A stretch of DNA of 64,000 nt from a virus. Position numbers and translations under genes: made by a program. The notes under the pieces were generated by a model. The model searched no databases. It was not told the origin of the DNA and saw only the letters and a program-made list of their open reading frames with translations. Location: positions 1 to 64,000 of IMG/VR virus record IMGVR_UViG_3300009136_000001; one strand, written 5' to 3'. The first letter of the stretch is position 1; every line of letters starts with the position of its first letter. Below, in pieces: positions 38,339 to 49,323 of the stretch.

Positions 38339-39612
38339 TGCCTGAATTCGGAAATACATTCCGCCCAGTAGCGGTACAGTTGAATGACCCGACTGCCGGT
38401 ATTGCCCGAGCAGGACAGTTGTTCGATCGAGCAGTTAAAGGTTTTGGTAGCATCCAAGATGATGTGACCGCTAACCGTGATGCCAACGTTGCGAGTCAGA
38501 CCGAAGCCAACACTGCCAAAATCATATCTGAGATCCAAGGTAACCGTGATCTTGATTCCGTGGATCAATCCTCAGCTGACATCATCTCCGGCCTGTCCGG
38601 TCGATTCGATGGTGACGTTAACACTGGTGGCTTTGATCTCAAAGCTATCAATCAGGCTGCCAGCGATCACCGTGCTGAACTGCTGGATACCAAGACCAGT
38701 GAAAGTGCGTTGGTCACTGAAGGCTTAAAGCAGCAGAACGAACAGTTCGATGTGGATAACAACCAGAAGCGATTGAATTCTACTCTCGCAGCACAAAGTG
38801 CTCAGGTAGCTTCGTCCAATGCACAGACTGACCTGTCCAAGCTGAACACTCGTATTGCCACTGCACGTATGGACAAGGTTGAGTCTGACGTTGCACACAC
38901 TGAAGCCCTGTCACAAACATTCCTGAACTTCCCGATATTGACCGGGGAGAACAAGACTGCCACTACCAAGGATTTCGCTCAAGCGATGAGTCGATTCCGT
39001 GCTTCCGCCCTGAAAGCAGGTACTCCTCCGGACGTACTGAAGAAGTTCTTTGAAGACACTGGTTTGATCGATCCTTCTACTGGTTCTGCAAGTGCCTCTG
39101 GTCTCCATCGTGGTATCACTCTCCAGAATAAGAACCTGGAAGCCATTATCGATGAAGACCTGAGTACCATGGATGGGTTAAATGGTAAGGGAGAAGACTA
39201 TGGTTCTAAGGTAAATGAGGTTATACTCCGTCAAGCAGGTGGAGATCTCGACGACGATGAACTTATCGGATTCGCTGGCGAAGACGTACTCCCGGAATTT
39301 CTGGAGATCATGAGTGATCTGAACAGCAAGCTTCCGGTAGATAGCAAGAACCAGTTCACCATGCAAGATGTATACGCAGCAATGACCTCAGAAGATGTCG
39401 GTTTCTCCGCTGATCTCATTGGATCAGGTGGTTCAATGGACGGGGATAAGATGAGGTCTGGACTGAAGAAAGCAGGTGAGAAGCGTCATGCAGCAAAGGC
39501 GAAGCTCCAAGCTAAAATAAAAGCGAACCAGGCACAACAAAAAATCCTGGCAAATCAACTCATTACCCATGCGTATCAGCAAGCAGGAGCGGGTAACCCT
39601 TTAGGTCAATAA
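38338..39612 (+). CDS. N4 gp51-like ejection protein
   Basis: 424 aa helical, no Cys seen, directly before vRNAP. Confidence 0.6.
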   Translation: MPEFGNTFRPVAVQLNDPTAGIARAGQLFDRAVKGFGSIQDDVTANRDANVASQTEANTAKIISEIQGNRDLDSVDQSSADIISGLSGRFDGDVNTGGFDLKAINQAASDHRAELLDTKTSESALVTEGLKQQNEQFDVDNNQKRLNSTLAAQSAQVASSNAQTDLSKLNTRIATARMDKVESDVAHTEALSQTFLNFPILTGENKTATTKDFAQAMSRFRASALKAGTPPDVLKKFFEDTGLIDPSTGSASASGLHRGITLQNKNLEAIIDEDLSTMDGLNGKGEDYGSKVNEVILRQAGGDLDDDELIGFAGEDVLPEFLEIMSDLNSKLPVDSKNQFTMQDVYAAMTSEDVGFSADLIGSGGSMDGDKMRSGLKKAGEKRHAAKAKLQAKIKANQAQQKILANQLITHAYQQAGAGNPLGQ

Positions 39613-39615
39613 CCC

Positions 39616-42600
39616 ATGGCTTTTAGTACGAACTTTAAGGCAGTTAACTCTGCCTTTTTGCAGATAGGTAAGTCAATAGAGTTAGCTGAAGGCACGGAAC
39701 GAAAGAAAGCTCAGCTCGACTTCAAAACTGAGAAACTGTCGCTCGATAAAATTATCGATGGCGATACTGTCCTCATCACCAATCCTGACGGGACTACCCG
39801 TAAGATGCGCCTTGCCAATGGCGGCACAGGTCGCTCCCTGGATACCTACGAAACATTTAAAGATCTGGAGACCATGGATCCGGAGATGCGGGTTCGCATG
39901 GAATCCAAACTCCTCAGGCAACGTGGTGCACTCGCCAGAGAGCGTGGCGTAGATCTGGATGATGTCACCAACGAGAATGTATTCGAGCAAGGTGAGAAAG
40001 GCAGAGCAGCCCTGTACCAATCTTTATTGGATGGGCAGAACCCAGAAGATCTGGGTGGGCCACATGATACATCCCCCCTATTTGAATACGCTGACCTTGG
40101 TACCGAAGGTAAGTACAAGCGTGCGCTCGGGCTGACCCGGAACAGATCCGGTGTCATATCCAACCTCGCTCTCAATACTCCTGAGCTGAATGCCGCATAC
40201 GGCAGTGACTACAATGCTGTCGGACGGCAAGCATACTCTCAGGCGATCGAAGAACAGGAACGAGCCGCTGCAAAGCGACGGGCTGAAACTGGACTGTCAG
40301 ACGAATTCGCTGCCACTGGTGTCGGAGCGGTCGTTGATACTACAGGTAGACTCGCTGCCGGAGCGCAGCACGTTATCGGTATGGTTGCTGATCTACCGTT
40401 GGCTGGGATTGAGTGGATGGCTGATGGTCTTGAGCCTAATCCAGAGCTTGAAGGCACAGATGGTTACAATGAGCTGGTACATAATATTACCCAGTTCAAA
40501 AAGCAAACCAAAGAGAATCGCTCAGCAGTCGCTAAGCTATTTGAGGGTGGTACCAAATTCTGGAAGTCGTTCACCAACGATAAGAAAGTTGAAGAGACCA
40601 TGGCTTCGCTGGAGAAAGCCTGGGATCACGATCGATTTGCATCTGACTTTGCCGGTATCCTGGTTGAGAACCCCCATGCTACTTTGCAGTTCCTGGGTGA
40701 ATCCATACCGTTCATGTACACAGCTGCCAAGAAGGGAGCTGCTCTGCCGTTTGGTGCAGCGTTCACTGGTGAGAATTATAAAGCTGGTGTAGAGCTGTAT
40801 GAAGCCACATACGACAAAGCTCCCGAGACTGAAGAGAAGGCTTTGATCCTTGCTGGTGCCGGATTCATTGCCGCAATGAACAGTGCTGCATCCAAGTACG
40901 TAACCGGCGAAGAAGGCATGAAGATCATGCTTCGTAAGCTTGGTTTCAAAGGTATGAATTCTTTCATGACTCAGACAGCTGCTAAGCTGGGTGCCAATAT
41001 CCCTGCTGGTCGGTTGAAGAGCATGAGCGAGATGCTACTGAAAACCTCAGTCACTGCACTGACGCCAGCTGCACAGCTTGCTACCCGAGGTGCTGTTGAA
41101 TTTGTACAGGAAGGATCTGAAAGTCTGATCACTAAAGGTTCAGTGTTCCGTGATTTCAGTCAAACCTTCACTGATTCTAATCTGAAAGAGGCAGCCGTAT
41201 CTGGTGCCATTGGTTTCGGTACTGGTGCGACAGCTGGCCCCACGTTCCAAGCAGCAGGGGTGGTGAAGCTCGCCGGGATAGTAGGCAAGCAGACAGTCGA
41301 GAAAGGTGTTAAAGCCGCTGAGAACATCCCCTTCAATCGTGACGTAGCGAACTTCCGTGTTGACCAAGGTGATGAAGTTGTCAGTGGTGGTACCGCTGAA
41401 TCCCTGCTCCGGGAAATCAATGAAGAGTTTGCTGTCTTTGAGAGCGAAGCAGAAGCCAACGAGTTAGCCAACAATCCTCAGGAATTCGAAAGACGTTCAG
41501 CTCAACTGATGGCGAAGACCATGGATCTTGCTACCCATCTCCAAAAGATGGATAAGAAGACTCGTGCCAAGAATCCTGAAATGCAGGAAGCTGTTAACAA
41601 AGTTGTATCAGCTATCAATCTGCAGAGTGCCGCCGATGCTAACGCGAAGGTGGAACAAATTGAGAACCTACTGGCTTCGGAGAACGTCGATGAACAACAG
41701 CAGGGTATTGACCGGGTACTGGGATCGAGTGAAGAGGCTCTTTCGGTCTCCACCGAAACGATCGATAAAGCAATCGAAGTATCCCCGAATGAAAGTGTCA
41801 CCCAACAACTCAACGAGATCAAGCGAAAGAAAACTCTCGAAGAAGTAGCGGAAGACGTACTCCGTGGTAAGCCTGGATCTGGTTTCATCGGTGTGAAGAA
41901 TCGTCAGTACATCGCAGAGCGTTTGCTAAAATCAGGCGATATTGACGGAGCCAATGAGCAACTTGCAGAAATACGCAGATTCCGGGAAGTACATGGTGAG
42001 AAAGCCACCACTCTGATCAATGCTCAGAAGCAGTTCAAGGAAACTGGTCGAGGACAGACGGTAGAGATCGGTGGGCAGAACTTCTTTGTCGATGCCAGGT
42101 CGAAGAAATTAATCAACCAGGTCAGAGCTGAAGTCTTTGCCTTGAATGAAGTCGGTATGGCTTTGAAGAAAACCATCGCTGATGCACAGGTGAACACTCC
42201 TGAAGTAGAAGAGACCCAATCTGAGACCGAAGAGACCCAAATTGAGACCCCTGTCACAGCCCCTGCTGCTGTACAAGGGCTTGTAGTTCCTACTGCCAGC
42301 GATATTAGCACTCAGCTTAAAGAGGCTCGTAAGGGCAGCACAGACGCTCTCAAGCGCTTGCAAGAGCAGGCTGAAGTATTAGCCCAAGCTGGGAATAAGA
42401 AAGTTGCCAAGAAAATAACCGATTCTATTAAAAAGATCGAGGAAGCAGCGACTGCGGAGCGCGAAGCAGCGGAGCAGGAAGCGGCTGACGAGGCGATCAA
42501 CGACTCCATTCCAGATTCTGGAATACAGAATGAACTTGAATTGAAGCGAGGTGATTATGAATTACTGGACGTACTCGAAACAAGTAAATCCAACAAGCGT

Positions 42601-45600
42601 ACTCCGTTGGATGTACCGGCAAGCAACAAGCTTATACAAGCATTTAATTTTACCAGGGTTACATTATCTACATTTTTTAGCCGCAGTGCTAAAAGCAAAG
42701 CTAATGAAGCTCAGGAACCGATAGACGAGACTGATGCTGAGCACCTTGAACTCCTGAATGAGCAGTTCAAAAAGTACAGAAATATAGCCAAGCGTTTACC
42801 GAAGTTGGTCGGCAAAGAACTGAAAGCATTGCAGACGTTCACCAACAAGCAGGGTAAGCAGGTGAAAGCTGGTGGTCATGGTGATGACATCATGATGGAC
42901 ATGGCTGCACTACTGCTGGAAACTGACAAAGATGGTAACCTGATGTTACCTGATGACGTTATCCTTGCCTCATTTATGGGCGCGATGAACTGGATGACTC
43001 ACCAGAGCAAGGCTACCCTGTGGAATGACGACAAGCTGATAAACCAGCAGCTCTCACAAGCACCGAATTCTACTCTCACCAGTGAGCAGAAGCGTTTAAT
43101 GAGGGAGCGCGGTAGCAAGCGTGACTTCGTTGCCAAGACAATCGGTACTGACATATTTAATTCCTTGGCATTGAAAGCTGATACTTCTCAGCCGCTCGCC
43201 AGAGAGAAGATGATCATGTCCCTCGGGCTGTTCGCCACCAAAGTAATGTCCGCCATGGAAGAAGATGGTGACAAGTGGTTGACCGAAGATAGCGTATTAT
43301 TGGAGAATCTTGCCAATGTATCCAAGTCCTCAGAAAAAGTACAGGAGAAAGCAAGCCAAGTCTTCTTCATGCGGATATCCCCGGACTCAAAGAACAATCT
43401 GCAGGAAGCCCCTGGTCTGACGAAAGTGATCGACCAGTTTTCTGCAGCTATGCCGACAGCCCGTAAGCTGTTCAATCTGGAGAACTACGAGCGTAAGCCT
43501 CGATCGAAGCCCAGCAAGAAAGTAAATGATGCTCCTCGGGGTAATTTATTCAAAGCTGGAGCTACTGCTCTGGCTCGGGTACTGCATCTGCAGCAGGTAC
43601 CGTGGACTATGAATGCCACTGGTGACCTGACAGCCAAGTTGTCTGATGGGTTACTGAAGTCCATCTCTGGATATACGGAAGATGTTGCCACCACTGTGCA
43701 CATTACACAGCAGGGTGCTGTAGCAGCGGTCAATCGCCAGATTGATGATGGTATTAAGTACGCCAAGGAAATGCGGGAAGCTTTAGAAGACCCGGCATCC
43801 GGATTTGAAAATGGCGAACTGTTCTTTGATTACGAGATCTGGAGTAACAGCCGGGTCGGTATGACCAGCAATACCTTCGATCCTCAGAACAGCAAGTATC
43901 ACCGACACATTGTATCGCCGAAGAGCCACAAGACTACGGTGAACAGCAAGCGTAGGTTAGCAAACTTTAAGCGAGGCATAGCACTCGCATTTGATTACTC
44001 GGACAAAGGAGCCGCAGATGACTTTAAAACTGGTGCACAGCTCGAAGGAACCCTTAGTTCAGTCGAAGAAGAATTCGACCGGATCATCCACGACCCCAAG
44101 GTTCGCGCTGCGATCAGTGCAATCCGCGAAGTGCAAGCCCAGGAAGGTGCCGCATCCGAAGCGCAAGAAAGGATTATCCTTTCAGCAGTCGGGGATTCCG
44201 ACACCAAGTTCCACGGACTTGAAGCGCTTGTGGAATTATCATCAGCGCTCGGTACTCGGTTCGGCCTAAAGAAATCTTTCACTACTACCCTGTCAGTTGA
44301 GACTGATGGCGTAACGTCTGGGGTTACACTGGGTCTGATGCAGGCTCCGATCGTAAACAATATCCAGACCTGGCTGGCTCGGGGTGGAATATTCCTGAAC
44401 GGGAATTTCACTAACCTCGGTGACGCACGGGAAGCTATCCCAACCGACTCCTACCAGCAGCTGGTTCTCGATGCAGTCAAAATGCTGGAACAGGTGAACC
44501 CTGCCGGACTCGAACAGGTTGAAGCGATTCTGGGTAAGCTGACCGAAGATGGGGCAGTGACCAGCGTAGGTCGTAACCTGATGAAGAATCCTCTAATGGT
44601 TTACTCCTACGGAGCAGGTGAGTTCGCAATTAAGCGACATATGGCGGGAGCAATCCAGACAGCTCTGTATGAGAAGCTGGCGGAAACAAACGGTGACAAG
44701 GAAGCAATGGACGAGTTGTCGCAAACCGTTTCTGCACTTATGCGACAAAACGTTGTCTTTGAAGATCACCTTACTTCCGAGTTCAGCAAGTCTGAGCAGG
44801 AAGCATTCGACAAAGCAATCTACGATTCGATCGGTGATGCGACTGTATCTTCCCTGGATCATAATTTTAAAGAGATGGCTGACCAGCGCAAAGTTCTGCT
44901 GCAGGCATTGAGTATCAGTTTCCATACCTTCGAGATGAAGTACATCGAGGCAGTCCAGAAGTACAAGGACTCCAATGGTATCACGAGTCAGTTCCTGAGC
45001 AAGGAGCAGAAGAAAGAAGTCCTGAACCGGCCTGATGTTAAACCGTTCATTCCTTATTTCAATAGCCCGTACGGAACCAAGAACCGGGAATCTGCGGTCT
45101 CAATACTCGCCGAAGAGATTGTACGGGGCATCATTAATGACGAGAATCGTGGAGCATCTTTCTTCACTCCGACGGTCAGTAATCGAATTCCATCGTACAC
45201 AAGTGACACTTCTGGCTCACAAGTCGGTCAATCTGGTCAATCTTCCTCCGCTCTTGTTAAGAATAAGCGCTACCGGGTAGACGGTGTAGCAGCCCTGCCG
45301 AAGATGATTCACACTTTGGATAGTACACTCATTCTGGATACCCTGAACAAGTTTGATGGGCTGAACATTCATGATGCTGGCATGTACAGTGTCGACAGTG
45401 TGGACAATGCTACCAAGCTGTACAATCAGAAGGTATTCGAGACAGGTCGGAACTACTCGTTGATCGGTGACATAACCCAGATGGTTACAAACCAGACCAG
45501 CAAGCTGACCGAGGAAGAAAAGGTCAAGGTACTGGAAGGCACCATAGCCGAGGAAGATGCCCGGATCAAGAATGAAGAGAGCAAGCAGGATATCAATACT

Positions 45601-48600
45601 GATACTACTGACTTTGACGATCGGATTAAATTCCTGAACAAGATCTCTCAGGATATCCAGGCTGCCAAGGAGAATCTGTTTGAAAGCATCTCGCATGTTC
45701 ACCAGGCAGCGTACCCGTCACAGTCCAGCGTATACAGCACCGGGCAGGAAAAAGAATACAGCCCGATGTGGATCGACTTCGAATACCACCCCGGTGAGTA
45801 TGATGCTGTCGAGATTCCGATGCAGACCCGAGAAGAATATTCCGAAGGCGTGCTACAAAGCAGCCAAGACTCCCTATCCAATTTCGAGGCAAGTTATGAG
45901 AATGAAGCTACTGCAGAGACTTCGCAACAAATTTTTGATGTCCTATCTAAGTTTGGTCATGTACGAGAGAACGGTCAACACCAGCGTCATCTACGCGGGA
46001 TCCTGGATACAATTATAAACAAGGCTCTGAAGCCTGCTCAAGAATTCATTATCCAAGTTGGTGATGATGCCAAGGCGAGAAACGTCGGGCAGATTTCGGG
46101 TAAAACGATCCAGATACAGCTCGGTAAGTACCGTCCTGATCTATCCTTGAACCAATCCGCCGAGGAGATCTACATCCACGAACTGTTGCACGGCATAACA
46201 GCGAACGAACTGGATAGCAATTTTGCTCTGCGCCAGAAACTGGCTAAGCTATTCGAGACAGCGAAGAAGCACATCACTCCAGCCGATCTGATTACCCCAG
46301 CGGTAACCCAGACTCGTACTGTCATGATGGATCACGTTGAAGCTCTGGCAGCTCAGGCACGCTACGACTACATCTTTAACAATCGGAATGCTACCGGAGG
46401 CTCAGACGGGCTGCATGAATTCCTGGCGTTTGGATTATCCAATGAGACCTTCGTCAAGAAGCTGGCAACTATCCCCTTTAAAGTTCCCAGGGAAAAAGCA
46501 ACGAACGTGTTCGAAGCGCTGATCAACCTGTTCCATAAGATATTCGAAGCAGTCGCATCTAAATACCACGGCAAAGTAAATGTCGGTAGCGATGTGTACT
46601 CACAGCTGTTGGATCTGACCAAGGATTTAACTGCCATCAATGAAGGCTGGCGTTTCCCAATGTCCGGCATGTTCGGAGCCATAAATGATCGGAAGCAATC
46701 TTTCGAGAATTCTGTGTATTCCAAAGGTGACGCACTTCGTAAGAAGCTGAACACCATGATCGATGCGGATAGAAGCGCAGTGCACCGCAAAATGTTCACC
46801 TTGGTTAACACCCTGAAAGCAGTATCTCATGAGAAATTTGGTAAGACCCTTATCCAGTGGCTCCAAGACCACACTGAGGGCGACAGCTTCATGGGAGTCC
46901 TATGGAGAGAATTAGCAGGTGGCTCTGAACACTTCCGTAATTGGTTACCCCTGCTGCGGTACAGCAAGCAGCGGATCGATACTGCCCGCTTAGCAGCCAA
47001 GCAGAACATCATCCGAATTCTGGGCGAGACATTCGTCGAGGAAGCTACGGACGAAGAGAAAGAAATGCTGCATGATGCTTTGCTGAAAACTGACCTGGCA
47101 GCTCTCCTACCCCAGAACCCAACCAACCGGGATATCCGGGAGATCATGAAACTCTTCAGTGACCCGGCTGAGATCGATGCCGCAATCAATGAGATCATGA
47201 AGAAGATCGGCAATGTGAAGCAGAAGACCTACTATCAAAAGCAGGCTAATAATCTGGGTTACTTCATGGCTACCGGCAACAACTCGCTGGAGCACGCCAA
47301 CCTGAATGCATACAACATAGCTCGCCTGAGCTTAACCGATCGGGTGAATAACGATCTGGCTACCACGGATACCGTTGCTCTGATTGATCAACTGGCTTCC
47401 CTGTACGCAATTAAGTACACTTCTTCAGATGCGAAGGTATTATTTACCGAGTATGTTACCCGTACGTTAGCCACTGACTCCAAGACCAATGCTATTCGAT
47501 TGATCCTGAACCTGCAGGCTGACCATAAAGATTTCACCAGGGATAACCTGTTCAAGGATGAAGCTCACAGCGTCATCAAAGGTTTCACCAATGAGCTGAT
47601 CGACCAGAACATAGCGGTCAAGGTCGGCAAAGTATCGGATGAAGCGATACTGGCGAAGCAGGGATTCAAGATAGCTTTCAAGATGGATAGCTTAGCTGAT
47701 GGCGAGAAGATGGCTTTCTACACAGCGATGAACGGAGCAGCCACAACCTACACCCGTACCATATTCAGTACAACTGCGGAAAATGTGAAGGGTACCACTC
47801 TCACAGCAGCGTTCATGAATGATAACCCACTGGTAGGACGCTCCGAAGCGAAGCTGGCGCAGAATGCTCTGCGTAAGCAAGCAATGGAGAATATGAATAA
47901 GCAGTTCACCGGGAAGGTTCCTGACCTGAGCCAAAGATCCACCAGGCAGAGAAATCCCCTGATCCCATTGGTTAACGCCAAAGGCGAGAGTTACGAGTAC
48001 CGTCAGATCCTGAATCACCAGATGAGGAAGGAGCACCTGAACGAGGACAGACGTATCGATGAAGTACTGGGTGCGATGTACGGAGCAATGAAGGACAAGC
48101 TGAATACTCGCAAGAATAATCAGATCGTTATCGAGAACCTCTACAAGGATTATCAGGACAATTACGACAACGAGCCTGATCAGTTTGTCCGGGTAGGTGT
48201 GAATGGTGACTACGGTGACGTATGGGCGGTAATCCCAGAGCAATCCAAAGAACACATCAGGAGCCTCACAGGAGTCCGTGAGATCTACATCCGGGCCGAA
48301 GTGGTAGATCTTGTCATGGGTTACAGAAAGTTCTCCCTGAGCGATACCAAGATGGCTAAGCGGGTACTCCCCCCACAAGTTCGACACATCATGGATATCA
48401 GTGGAAAGGTTTGGCAGGAGATAGTTGCCCTTGGTGCTGTGCAGATCGTCGTGAAGACGCCTCAGGTGCTCGTAGACAACGTTCTCTCTAACACGATCAT
48501 TCTTATCAGGGACGGATTAAATCCCACTGACATCGTTCGTAGGCACCTTGAGGGGATCGCTGCGCTGAACCAATACGAATTGGACATCTCTGAAGAGCAG

Positions 48601-49323
48601 AAACTGGTACTTGAACTCCAACAGGATGCTAATAATCACCGAAAAGTAGCAAAATTGGCAAAGGTTAGGGAATCAATCAAGAGAAATCCTGTCACTGAGC
48701 TTGTTACAGAGGGTATATTCCAGAGTATAACTGAGGATATTAACGTAAATAAGTACACGAGTGCGTCAACGATAGCCAATACCCGTGTAGGTAAGGCTGT
48801 CCAGAACAACATGCCAGGGTTTATGACCCCTATATTTCAGCACGTATTCATGACTAAAGATACGTACCTGTTTAAACAGTTCCTAAAAGCAACTCAATAC
48901 AGTGATTTCCTTGCTCGATACACACGGTATGCATTCCTGAAGGAGAAGGAAGGTCTTGATCAATTGGAAGGTGATGCTTACAGGCTGAAGAAAAATGAGA
49001 TTCTTGCTGACCTGATTGAAGATTACGTGAACTACGATGTGCCACAGCACAAGATGCTGCAGTACGCTAACGATATGGGGATGGTTCGTTTTACGAAGTA
49101 TTTCTTGAGAACTCAACGAGTGATCGTTAAGAAGTGGAAGCAGCAGCCAATCAATAACATGGCGTCAGTATGGTTACAGCAGGTGGTAGGTGATCAGCCA
49201 GATATCAATGACAGCTTCATGCCCTTTATGAGTCCAATGGATAAGGTATCTATCTTCGATGTTATATCTGATGCGACAGATCCGAAAGGCTTGGAACTGG
49301 CAGGTGGGTTGTTCGGACTATAG
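39616..49323 (+). CDS. Virion-encapsidated RNA polymerase (N4 gp50-like)
   Basis: 3235 aa, no Cys seen; T7-type motifs NSRVG, A ETDGVTSG, B RNLMKNPLMVYSYG, C IHDA; C-terminal HELLH and QYSDFLAR. Confidence 0.95.
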   Translation: MAFSTNFKAVNSAFLQIGKSIELAEGTERKKAQLDFKTEKLSLDKIIDGDTVLITNPDGTTRKMRLANGGTGRSLDTYETFKDLETMDPEMRVRMESKLLRQRGALARERGVDLDDVTNENVFEQGEKGRAALYQSLLDGQNPEDLGGPHDTSPLFEYADLGTEGKYKRALGLTRNRSGVISNLALNTPELNAAYGSDYNAVGRQAYSQAIEEQERAAAKRRAETGLSDEFAATGVGAVVDTTGRLAAGAQHVIGMVADLPLAGIEWMADGLEPNPELEGTDGYNELVHNITQFKKQTKENRSAVAKLFEGGTKFWKSFTNDKKVEETMASLEKAWDHDRFASDFAGILVENPHATLQFLGESIPFMYTAAKKGAALPFGAAFTGENYKAGVELYEATYDKAPETEEKALILAGAGFIAAMNSAASKYVTGEEGMKIMLRKLGFKGMNSFMTQTAAKLGANIPAGRLKSMSEMLLKTSVTALTPAAQLATRGAVEFVQEGSESLITKGSVFRDFSQTFTDSNLKEAAVSGAIGFGTGATAGPTFQAAGVVKLAGIVGKQTVEKGVKAAENIPFNRDVANFRVDQGDEVVSGGTAESLLREINEEFAVFESEAEANELANNPQEFERRSAQLMAKTMDLATHLQKMDKKTRAKNPEMQEAVNKVVSAINLQSAADANAKVEQIENLLASENVDEQQQGIDRVLGSSEEALSVSTETIDKAIEVSPNESVTQQLNEIKRKKTLEEVAEDVLRGKPGSGFIGVKNRQYIAERLLKSGDIDGANEQLAEIRRFREVHGEKATTLINAQKQFKETGRGQTVEIGGQNFFVDARSKKLINQVRAEVFALNEVGMALKKTIADAQVNTPEVEETQSETEETQIETPVTAPAAVQGLVVPTASDISTQLKEARKGSTDALKRLQEQAEVLAQAGNKKVAKKITDSIKKIEEAATAEREAAEQEAADEAINDSIPDSGIQNELELKRGDYELLDVLETSKSNKRTPLDVPASNKLIQAFNFTRVTLSTFFSRSAKSKANEAQEPIDETDAEHLELLNEQFKKYRNIAKRLPKLVGKELKALQTFTNKQGKQVKAGGHGDDIMMDMAALLLETDKDGNLMLPDDVILASFMGAMNWMTHQSKATLWNDDKLINQQLSQAPNSTLTSEQKRLMRERGSKRDFVAKTIGTDIFNSLALKADTSQPLAREKMIMSLGLFATKVMSAMEEDGDKWLTEDSVLLENLANVSKSSEKVQEKASQVFFMRISPDSKNNLQEAPGLTKVIDQFSAAMPTARKLFNLENYERKPRSKPSKKVNDAPRGNLFKAGATALARVLHLQQVPWTMNATGDLTAKLSDGLLKSISGYTEDVATTVHITQQGAVAAVNRQIDDGIKYAKEMREALEDPASGFENGELFFDYEIWSNSRVGMTSNTFDPQNSKYHRHIVSPKSHKTTVNSKRRLANFKRGIALAFDYSDKGAADDFKTGAQLEGTLSSVEEEFDRIIHDPKVRAAISAIREVQAQEGAASEAQERIILSAVGDSDTKFHGLEALVELSSALGTRFGLKKSFTTTLSVETDGVTSGVTLGLMQAPIVNNIQTWLARGGIFLNGNFTNLGDAREAIPTDSYQQLVLDAVKMLEQVNPAGLEQVEAILGKLTEDGAVTSVGRNLMKNPLMVYSYGAGEFAIKRHMAGAIQTALYEKLAETNGDKEAMDELSQTVSALMRQNVVFEDHLTSEFSKSEQEAFDKAIYDSIGDATVSSLDHNFKEMADQRKVLLQALSISFHTFEMKYIEAVQKYKDSNGITSQFLSKEQKKEVLNRPDVKPFIPYFNSPYGTKNRESAVSILAEEIVRGIINDENRGASFFTPTVSNRIPSYTSDTSGSQVGQSGQSSSALVKNKRYRVDGVAALPKMIHTLDSTLILDTLNKFDGLNIHDAGMYSVDSVDNATKLYNQKVFETGRNYSLIGDITQMVTNQTSKLTEEEKVKVLEGTIAEEDARIKNEESKQDINTDTTDFDDRIKFLNKISQDIQAAKENLFESISHVHQAAYPSQSSVYSTGQEKEYSPMWIDFEYHPGEYDAVEIPMQTREEYSEGVLQSSQDSLSNFEASYENEATAETSQQIFDVLSKFGHVRENGQHQRHLRGILDTIINKALKPAQEFIIQVGDDAKARNVGQISGKTIQIQLGKYRPDLSLNQSAEEIYIHELLHGITANELDSNFALRQKLAKLFETAKKHITPADLITPAVTQTRTVMMDHVEALAAQARYDYIFNNRNATGGSDGLHEFLAFGLSNETFVKKLATIPFKVPREKATNVFEALINLFHKIFEAVASKYHGKVNVGSDVYSQLLDLTKDLTAINEGWRFPMSGMFGAINDRKQSFENSVYSKGDALRKKLNTMIDADRSAVHRKMFTLVNTLKAVSHEKFGKTLIQWLQDHTEGDSFMGVLWRELAGGSEHFRNWLPLLRYSKQRIDTARLAAKQNIIRILGETFVEEATDEEKEMLHDALLKTDLAALLPQNPTNRDIREIMKLFSDPAEIDAAINEIMKKIGNVKQKTYYQKQANNLGYFMATGNNSLEHANLNAYNIARLSLTDRVNNDLATTDTVALIDQLASLYAIKYTSSDAKVLFTEYVTRTLATDSKTNAIRLILNLQADHKDFTRDNLFKDEAHSVIKGFTNELIDQNIAVKVGKVSDEAILAKQGFKIAFKMDSLADGEKMAFYTAMNGAATTYTRTIFSTTAENVKGTTLTAAFMNDNPLVGRSEAKLAQNALRKQAMENMNKQFTGKVPDLSQRSTRQRNPLIPLVNAKGESYEYRQILNHQMRKEHLNEDRRIDEVLGAMYGAMKDKLNTRKNNQIVIENLYKDYQDNYDNEPDQFVRVGVNGDYGDVWAVIPEQSKEHIRSLTGVREIYIRAEVVDLVMGYRKFSLSDTKMAKRVLPPQVRHIMDISGKVWQEIVALGAVQIVVKTPQVLVDNVLSNTIILIRDGLNPTDIVRRHLEGIAALNQYELDISEEQKLVLELQQDANNHRKVAKLAKVRESIKRNPVTELVTEGIFQSITEDINVNKYTSASTIANTRVGKAVQNNMPGFMTPIFQHVFMTKDTYLFKQFLKATQYSDFLARYTRYAFLKEKEGLDQLEGDAYRLKKNEILADLIEDYVNYDVPQHKMLQYANDMGMVRFTKYFLRTQRVIVKKWKQQPINNMASVWLQQVVGDQPDINDSFMPFMSPMDKVSIFDVISDATDPKGLELAGGLFGL

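Noticed and set aside
42450-42485. Three GC-GNA-GC mini-hairpins resembling vRNAP promoters
   Set aside because: Explained by Ala/Glu codons in the vRNAP linker; stems only 2-3 bp
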